A stretch of 64,000 nt of DNA. Origin: Pseudomonadota bacterium. GTDB taxonomy: Bacteria; Myxococcota; JACRCW01; JAFGSX01. The position numbers and the translations under genes are program-made. The notes below the pieces were generated by a model. It had not been told where the DNA came from, did no database searches, and was given only the letters and a program-made list of their open reading frames with translations. Positions 58,101-64,000 of this stretch are shown here, piece after piece (position 1 is the stretch's first letter; the number at the start of each line of letters is the position of its first letter). The stretch lies in contig JBDRCO010000023.1 of NCBI GenBank assembly GCA_043821645.1, positions 96,001-160,000 on the forward strand, written 5' to 3'.

Positions 58101-59327
58101 ATGCAAACCGTGACCGCCGAACACGCCCTGGCTGTGACCACACAGGTCCAGATCCCGGGCGACGGAGAGGTGCTGCTACGCTGGCAGGCCTCGGGCTCGC
58201 CGTCCTCTTTGTGCGTGCTCATCATCCGCAGCGGCGCGGTGCCTGCTTACACCTCGATCGGTCTCACCGCGCAGAACACGTGTTACCACCTGCGCAACCT
58301 GAGCCGGCATCAGCGCTACATGGTTGCGGTGGCGGCCCTGGGTGGTGGACAGGTGGCTCTCAGTACCTGGACCTCGGTGACACCGCGCGCAGGCCTGCAC
58401 GCCCTGTGCAGCGACGACGGAAACGCTCTGACGCCACACCTCGCGCATGTGACCTCACTCTCCGCCATGCCTCAGGATCGCCGTCTCACCGCCTACTGGA
58501 AACTCTCGAGGGGCTTCGTCGACGGAGTGGTGGTCTCGCTGCACAGTGCAGGGCGCTGCCTCCACCGCTTCGAGCTGGAACCCGAAGTGGTCAGCCTGTC
58601 CCTGGACCAGGGTCGAGGTGTGGCGCTGCGCAATGGCGTGGACTACGAACTCCGCGTGCACAGCCGCTTCGCGGGTGTCGACGTACCTGGGCCCGAGGCG
58701 GTGACCTGCACACCCGCGGCCCAGGGTGAGGAGCGACAGGCGAACCGGAAGCACCCGCAGGCGAACCTGTTTTTCCCCTTTCTCTCCATCGACGCGGAGC
58801 TCAAGGTCTTCGACGACGACGGTTCCGATGAGGCCACGGCGCCGGCTCCTTTGCTGTGCCAGCACTGCCGCAAGCCTGTCTCCTGGGAGCGCTACGAACT
58901 GCGCTGCGTGGGCTGTGGTGCCGAGTACATCCCCAACAGCCTGGGCTCGGTCCTGGAGGTGCGCCGTCTGCGCTTTGGCACCTGCGCCTGTTGCTTGCCG
59001 CGGAGCATCCTGATCCAGAAGCGCGGCAGCACATCACTGACCTGCGCACAGTCCGGCAAGGAACACATCCGTACAGGCAGCGCGGGCTTTTCTCTCATCG
59101 AGGATCTCCCCCACGGCCTGTGCCAGTGCTGCCGGCCGCGCAGGCCCTTGCAGCGCAAGAGTGGAAAGGTGACCTGCAGCAAGACCGGCGAGCCGCACAG
59201 CAACCAGGACGGACGCTATGTGTTGGCGCCGACCCAGCCCGTCTTCGACGCTGCAGCCATCGACGCACTGCTCGATCAGGGGCTGGCGGAGATCTGCTCG
59301 ACGGGTGTCACGCGCGGTCGCCGCTGA
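58101..59327 (+). CDS. cytoplasmic protein: 2x fibronectin type III-like + CxxC Zn ribbon + 2x CxCC..C..H Zn-finger repeats
   Basis: PGDGEVLLRW…LRNL…Y.VAVAA and PQDRRLTAYW…LRNGVDYELRV; CQHC-x12-CVGC; CACC…C…H and CQCC…C…H; no signal peptide. Confidence 0.78.
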   Translation: MQTVTAEHALAVTTQVQIPGDGEVLLRWQASGSPSSLCVLIIRSGAVPAYTSIGLTAQNTCYHLRNLSRHQRYMVAVAALGGGQVALSTWTSVTPRAGLHALCSDDGNALTPHLAHVTSLSAMPQDRRLTAYWKLSRGFVDGVVVSLHSAGRCLHRFELEPEVVSLSLDQGRGVALRNGVDYELRVHSRFAGVDVPGPEAVTCTPAAQGEERQANRKHPQANLFFPFLSIDAELKVFDDDGSDEATAPAPLLCQHCRKPVSWERYELRCVGCGAEYIPNSLGSVLEVRRLRFGTCACCLPRSILIQKRGSTSLTCAQSGKEHIRTGSAGFSLIEDLPHGLCQCCRPRRPLQRKSGKVTCSKTGEPHSNQDGRYVLAPTQPVFDAAAIDALLDQGLAEICSTGVTRGRR

Positions 59328-59340
59328 ACAGCGCGGGGAG

Positions 59341-60849
59341 CTAAATGGGAGGAGGCAGGATGGGGAGGTCGAGTCGCCGGCGCTCGCTCCGCGCCACCGA
59401 GGCCTTGAGCGAGAAGTCTTGCTCGACCACCAGCTCGAGCTGGAGCGGGCCTGGGTTCTGCTGCAACCAGTCCGCCGGCACGCGAAGCAGGCCGACCAGC
59501 TCACGCTCGACGCTGTGCAGCTCGACAGCCTGGATCAGCCCCATCACCAGGTCCTGACCACGGGCCACCGGGGGGGATACGCTGGTGCCACGGCGGCAGG
59601 GCACACCCGTGTTTCGCGGTATGACCTCGTGCATGGCCCCACCTGGCAGCACCACGCCGATGGGTATCGAGACCACGTCGACCAGGTCAGGCCCAGCGGG
59701 CAGATCCATGGAGTGACCGAGGATGGCCGCACCGACGGCCACCGCGAGCTCGGGGTTGATGGCCTTCGTGGGATCGTTCTTGAACGCTGCAGACAGGCGG
59801 CGCTTGAGGGGCAGCATGCGCGTCTGGCCACCCACGAAGACCAGCTCATCCACGTCGTCACGCGTCATCCCGGCGTGCTTGAGCGCCTCGTCACAGGCGC
59901 CCAGGGTCCGCTCGATGAGGTTGGAAGTCAGGGTCTCCAGCGCATCGCGGATCAGCGTGTACTCGAAGTCCACGAACTGGCCATCAGCGCCGCTGCACAC
60001 GAAGGGGACGCGCAGCGTGGTCTCCTCCTGTGTCGACAGCGCGATCTTGGCGGCCTCGGCGGCCAGGAACACACGCTGCATGACCACCTTGTTGGACTGC
60101 ACATCCAGACCGCGAGCGACCTCGAAGCGCTCGATGAGCCTGCGACCTATCTGCTCGTCGAAGTCAGCGCCGCCCAGGAACGCGTCCCCACCTGTGGCGA
60201 GCACGCTGGCCAGGGCGCCGCGCACGGCCACCACGCTGACATCGAAGGTGCCACCTCCCAGATCGTAGATGAGCAGGGTTTGCTCTATTCCGCGCTTCTT
60301 GGCGGCGAACAGGGCAGCAGCGGTGGGCTCATTCACCAGGGCGCGGACCCGCAACCCCGCATCGCTGGCAGCTCGCGCCAGCTCTCGACGCTGGGTATAG
60401 CCGTAGTGCGCCGGCACCGTCAGCACGCAGTCCTCGAAGGGCGCGCCAGCGGCGGCCTGGGCCAGCTCGGCGATGCGGCGCAGCACCAGCGTGGCCACCT
60501 CTCGTAGATGGACCACCTGGCCATAGATCTCCACCGCGCACAGTCCGAGCTCATCTGGGACGAGGGGGTACAGGAAACGCTCGCGATGCCGCTGTACGAA
60601 GCTCGACTTGAGGGAGCGCCCGAGGAACCTTTTGAAGCCGTGGATGGTGTGCGTGGGGTCGTCGATGAGCTGGGTCCGTGCGTTGCTCCCGACGACGTGC
60701 TTGTCGCGTGCGCGGAACCAGACCACGGTGGGCAACACGGCGCTGCGCTCGCTCACAGGGACGACGCGCAAGGTGCGCTTGTGATCGATCCACGCGGCAC
60801 TGGTATTGGTGGTGCCGAAGTCGATACCCAGCACCGGTCGCGGCATCAT
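59341..60849 (-). CDS. atypical Hsp70-family protein (lidless, divergent substrate-binding domain)
   Basis: [45 protein letters not shown]. Confidence 0.88.
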   Translation of the reverse strand: MMPRPVLGIDFGTTNTSAAWIDHKRTLRVVPVSERSAVLPTVVWFRARDKHVVGSNARTQLIDDPTHTIHGFKRFLGRSLKSSFVQRHRERFLYPLVPDELGLCAVEIYGQVVHLREVATLVLRRIAELAQAAAGAPFEDCVLTVPAHYGYTQRRELARAASDAGLRVRALVNEPTAAALFAAKKRGIEQTLLIYDLGGGTFDVSVVAVRGALASVLATGGDAFLGGADFDEQIGRRLIERFEVARGLDVQSNKVVMQRVFLAAEAAKIALSTQEETTLRVPFVCSGADGQFVDFEYTLIRDALETLTSNLIERTLGACDEALKHAGMTRDDVDELVFVGGQTRMLPLKRRLSAAFKNDPTKAINPELAVAVGAAILGHSMDLPAGPDLVDVVSIPIGVVLPGGAMHEVIPRNTGVPCRRGTSVSPPVARGQDLVMGLIQAVELHSVERELVGLLRVPADWLQQNPGPLQLELVVEQDFSLKASVARSERRRLDLPILPPPI

Positions 60850-61065
60850 GGCGGGCTCAAGCTCCCTTCCAGAAACAAGTTCTCCCCGCGACAGCAGCGC
60901 CGGGACACACTCCCCTCCGTCGAGAATCGAACGCAGGGCCAAGGCCCGTCAACGTATTTCCCTCTTTCGGTGCAGCTGCACCCCGCTTCTGATCCACCCT
61001 GGCGCAGAGTGCCCGCAGGAGGCTCCGGTCCACGCGATGGCCCCTGCTTTTTTCTGCAACGGCGC

Positions 61066-61081
61066 TGGCACGACTCTCGCT
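61066..61081 (+). promoter_or_regulatory. putative sigma54 promoter of the E2-JAB-E1 operon
   Basis: TGGCAC-GACTC-TCGCT with exact -24/-12 spacing upstream of ATG 61208. Confidence 0.6.
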
Positions 61082-61207
61082 TCACCTGAATGCGAGGACA
61101 GCAGGAGAGCCGACAGCATCGTCGTCCTCCTGGCGAGGCGCCGCGAGTCTGGAGCGCCTGTCCCGCACAGCGCGCGCTCGACCTGGGTCGACGCCGAGGA
61201 GGATGCC

Positions 61208-61546
61208 ATGTCGCAAACCCTGACAACCCTGGAGCCTATGATCGCTGGCCTGGTTCGCGCGATCTGCACGTGCTGCACCGAGGCGCAGCCGTTGACAGGT
61301 CACCCCGACCTCGACGCCACACAGCTTCTCTGTCCCTCGACACGCTTGACCTACCTCGACCGTGGCGACGGCCTGTTCGAGCCCGATGGGGGACAGTTCA
61401 GCGTGACGGTCGTGCCTACCCAGGGAGCCACCGCGCAGACCGGCGCCGAACCCGATGTGCTGAGCGATAGACCGCGACGCACAGGCAGCAAGGTCAGGAT
61501 CGAGCTGGAACGCGCGACCTTTGCTGGTTTCCGCCGCGCGCGCTGA
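61208..61546 (+). CDS. small CxCC Zn-finger protein, candidate conjugated modifier or substrate
   Basis: GAGGAGG RBS; AICTCC…PL…LLCPST; flexible tail ending RATFAG-FRRAR. Confidence 0.72.
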   Translation: MSQTLTTLEPMIAGLVRAICTCCTEAQPLTGHPDLDATQLLCPSTRLTYLDRGDGLFEPDGGQFSVTVVPTQGATAQTGAEPDVLSDRPRRTGSKVRIELERATFAGFRRAR

Positions 61547-61573
61547 AGACCCCATCGGGGTGAGGAGGACGCC

Positions 61574-62284
61574 ATGGCCGACAAGCTGACCCAGCTCTTC
61601 CCGCGCCGCGTCGACGGGCAGATCACACACCGGACCTGGAGCGTGGACCTGGGCACGGCGCTTCACGTCAACGACCTCGGGGATGGCGGTGGGAGCAGAC
61701 TCCATCGTGAGGTGCAAGAGATGGCCGAGCACTTGCCTCGCTGGGTGCTCACCGTCGCCGAGAACAGCCAGCGGATACCCTGCCCCTCCTGTGGCGGCGT
61801 CCTAGTATTCGACCGGGGAATCCGCTGTGCCGAGTGCGAGCGGGCGCTGGCCAGCCGGCAGATCAAGCGCGGCTTCCTGCTGGCATGGTTCGGGCTGATG
61901 CCGCCCATCGGCATTGACGGTCTGGGCCGGCTCAAGGCTGCGGTGATCAAGCGCGCCCCGCCCCAGCACGTCGTCGGACAGCAGGCTGGAATCGGCCACT
62001 TCTTGCTGGTACCCCTGACCGCGATCTACCCGCCGGGTTTTCCGCACCGCCAGGTCAAGGTGGCCTACCTGCCGGGCTTCTTCAGCATGCCGGGTGTCCC
62101 GTCGACAGGCATGCGTCACGACATCCACATGCTGGACCAGGGTTTCATGTGTCTTTTCGCCGGAGGCCAGTGGCAACCCGAGATGAGTTGCCGCGAGGTG
62201 CTGCAGCAGCGCGCCTACGCGCACGTGGTCAAGCTTCTCAATTTCGGCAATGGCAAGAAGAACGCCTTTGCCAAGGTGAGCTGA
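61574..62284 (+). CDS. Zn-ribbon + E2/UBC-like (ubiquitin-conjugating-type) protein
   Basis: GAGGAGG RBS; CPSC-x11-CAEC; YPPGFP…V…HMLDQGFMCL…WQP…REVL matches the E2 core, with Cys at codon 62150-62152. Confidence 0.75.
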   Translation: MADKLTQLFPRRVDGQITHRTWSVDLGTALHVNDLGDGGGSRLHREVQEMAEHLPRWVLTVAENSQRIPCPSCGGVLVFDRGIRCAECERALASRQIKRGFLLAWFGLMPPIGIDGLGRLKAAVIKRAPPQHVVGQQAGIGHFLLVPLTAIYPPGFPHRQVKVAYLPGFFSMPGVPSTGMRHDIHMLDQGFMCLFAGGQWQPEMSCREVLQQRAYAHVVKLLNFGNGKKNAFAKVS

Positions 62285-63186
62285 TGCGTGCTCTGCCGCG
62301 AATGGAGATCGGGCGCCAGGTGTGGCGGCGCGTGGCGCGCGAACTGGACCGGGTTGCACCCGCCGAAGGGCTGGCCGTGCCCCTGCTCGCGCTGACACCG
62401 CGGGATGTGCAACGCAATCCGTGCACGACACTGCGCCTGGAAGATCTCGAAGTGGTCACCATTGCCCGTGCGGTTCTCGTGCCGCCCGAGCTCCAGCGCA
62501 ACCACCTGATGAGCGTGCGCGCACTGGGCAGTGCTGACGAGCGTGTCAATCGGGAGGTGGTCGGACTCGGACTTCGCTATCCCAGGCTACGGCCCGCTGG
62601 CCACCTTCACTCGCACCCCTTTGCCCGGGGGAACACCTGGCCGTCGAGCGGCCTCAGCGGGGATATCGACGGCCACATGCGGCCCCTGCTGGTGCACAAC
62701 AGCGACGCGGGCGTCGAGGTCAGCTTCAGCTTCATCGCCTGCCGCGATCAAACAGGCCAGAGCTGGGTACTGCAGGCCTTCTCCCTGGATGGCTCCGGGC
62801 AGGTGCACGACCTTGGCCCCTGCCAGGTCGTCGAGGATGAGGCACTGATCGCGCGCGGTCTCTTCACGCCAGGGACGGAGCGTCAGCCCTTGCTGCGAGG
62901 TCTCTGGCAATGCTGGGTCAGGGACCTGAGACGGCAGGGGTGGGCCTGCCGCTGCGCCACGCTCCTCGAAGGCTGGCAACGCTGCATCGTCGAGATGGGT
63001 CAGGGTCTGTGCGCCGTGTTCCTGCTCCCGATCGACTTCCCGGACCGGCCATGCCAGGTCCACGTGGTCATGGCGGGTTCCTCGCGGAGTGAGCGCTTTT
63101 TCACGCCTCACCTGCGGAGTCTGGACACCGATGCCTGGGTGCGGGTCGCCCTGGAAGTGGAGGTTGCCTGCCGTGCCGCAGCATGA
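62284..63186 (+). CDS. JAB/MPN+ (JAMM) metalloprotease fused to an E2/RWD-like C-terminal domain
   Basis: TGATG overlap with the upstream gene; PAEG (catalytic Glu), GHLHSHP…WPSS…GD; C-terminal FLLPIDFPDRP. Confidence 0.75.
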   Translation: MRALPRMEIGRQVWRRVARELDRVAPAEGLAVPLLALTPRDVQRNPCTTLRLEDLEVVTIARAVLVPPELQRNHLMSVRALGSADERVNREVVGLGLRYPRLRPAGHLHSHPFARGNTWPSSGLSGDIDGHMRPLLVHNSDAGVEVSFSFIACRDQTGQSWVLQAFSLDGSGQVHDLGPCQVVEDEALIARGLFTPGTERQPLLRGLWQCWVRDLRRQGWACRCATLLEGWQRCIVEMGQGLCAVFLLPIDFPDRPCQVHVVMAGSSRSERFFTPHLRSLDTDAWVRVALEVEVACRAAA

Positions 63187-64000
63187 CGACTACTTCGCCC
63201 GGGTTCGCCCCCTCCTCGGGGAGGGTCTTGCCAGGATGTGCATCGACGTCGACGACCTGTCCCTGTGCAGCAAGACCATCGCGCTGCTCGGCTCGTGCAT
63301 GCTGGGGTCCGTTCACGTCCGGGACACCCAGGAGGTGGCCAGATGGCCCCTCGTCGAACGGGCGCGATCCCCCTCGCCCGGTGCCGCACTCCCGCGTGCC
63401 ATCGACGTGCTGAAGACCGCTCTGGAGTGGAACAACCCGCAACACGCGGTGCATCTCGACGGAGATCCCGCATCGTCCATCCATCTTCGAGGGCAGCGCA
63501 CCGCAGCCGGGGGGACCTGTGCCGTGCACTGGGACCCCGAGGCTCGACGCTACACCCTGCTCGTTCCGGAAAAGGACACCTGGTCCTGGCACCTGGCCTC
63601 TTACCTGTCTGCCCTGGACCTCCGGGATCACCTTCTAAAAAGGCGAATCCTTCCCCCCGGGACACGTCACCTCGGACATCCATCCTGGCCCTTTGCGCAG
63701 TCCAGCGCGCCCGTGCCGTCGTGGTGGGGACCCCAGCTCCGCACCCAGACAGGCCATGTGATGGTGGTCGGCCTGGGCAGCGTGGGCAGCGAAGTGTTAC
63801 GGACCCTGTCGGGCGCCCCGCTGCGCTTCACCCTGGTCGACGACGGACACGTGAGCGCCTTCAATCTGGTCCGGCAGTGGTTCGGGGCCGAGGAGATCGG
63901 AGAGCACAAGGTCGAGGCGTTGGCCTCGCGCGTCGGTCGAGATCGTTGCCACGCCGTTCCGCTGGCGCTCGGACAGGGCAACCGGGTCCAGTTGCATCAG
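63173..64000 (+). CDS. ThiF/E1-like adenylating enzyme with a degenerate N-terminal ThiF-like domain (3' truncated)
   Basis: Not in the ORF track. GTG 63173 after GGAGGT, open to the window end; N-terminus DYFARVRPLLG; later HVMVVGLGSVGS…FTLVDDGHVSAFNLVRQ…IGEHKVEAL. Confidence 0.85.
   Translation, partial: MPQHDDYFARVRPLLGEGLARMCIDVDDLSLCSKTIALLGSCMLGSVHVRDTQEVARWPLVERARSPSPGAALPRAIDVLKTALEWNNPQHAVHLDGDPASSIHLRGQRTAAGGTCAVHWDPEARRYTLLVPEKDTWSWHLASYLSALDLRDHLLKRRILPPGTRHLGHPSWPFAQSSAPVPSWWGPQLRTQTGHVMVVGLGSVGSEVLRTLSGAPLRFTLVDDGHVSAFNLVRQWFGAEEIGEHKVEALASRVGRDRCHAVPLALGQGNRVQLHQ

Noticed and set aside
63183-63413. 76-aa ORF after the JAB gene as a possible Ubl
   Set aside because: It is out of frame within the E1 coding sequence, has low-complexity composition, and lacks a beta-grasp pattern or terminal Gly.
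63173-64000. Thiamine/molybdopterin biosynthesis ThiF/MoeB
   Set aside because: No thiS, moaD, thiG or moaE neighbours are visible, and it is coupled to E2-like and JAB genes instead.

Overview
High-GC bacterial chromosome segment whose gene content suggests Myxococcota or a related deltaproteobacterium. This is inferred from the Cys-rich surface protein, Hanks kinase with FHA-cyclase, extra Hsp70s, BMC-P cluster and sigma54 motifs. About 64 CDS are present. No rRNA, tRNA, CRISPR-Cas or transposase was recognised. Most of the window is housekeeping: rmuC, SPFH/NfeD, folA, thyA, recA, uppP, metK, larBE, a regulatory PTS operon, gpsA, def and an RluA-family gene. The most unusual region is the right end (about 55.8-64 kb), which holds a sigma54-led operon with overlapping or closely spaced genes. 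It encodes a small CxCC Zn-finger protein ending ...ATFAG-FRRAR, a Zn-ribbon-E2 (UBC-like) protein, a JAB/JAMM protease fused to an E2/RWD-like domain, and a ThiF/E1 enzyme that is missing from the ORF track because it runs off the window. Together these form a bacterial ubiquitin-like conjugation system with no visible beta-grasp Ubl. Shared Zn-finger motifs and a matching sigma54 promoter link it to an upstream pair: a cNMP-binding MBL hydrolase and an FN3/Zn-finger gene. Other notable items are four tandem BMC vertex (EutN/CcmL) genes coupled to a CoA-binding gene, a receptor kinase and a lipoprotein sharing a C-terminal domain around an FHA-GAF adenylate cyclase, a RapZ with a degenerate C-terminal domain, and a sigma54 motif upstream of recA. 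All calls are by eye from sequence motifs; no database searches were run. Start codons were refined from RBS and overlap evidence and are approximate.
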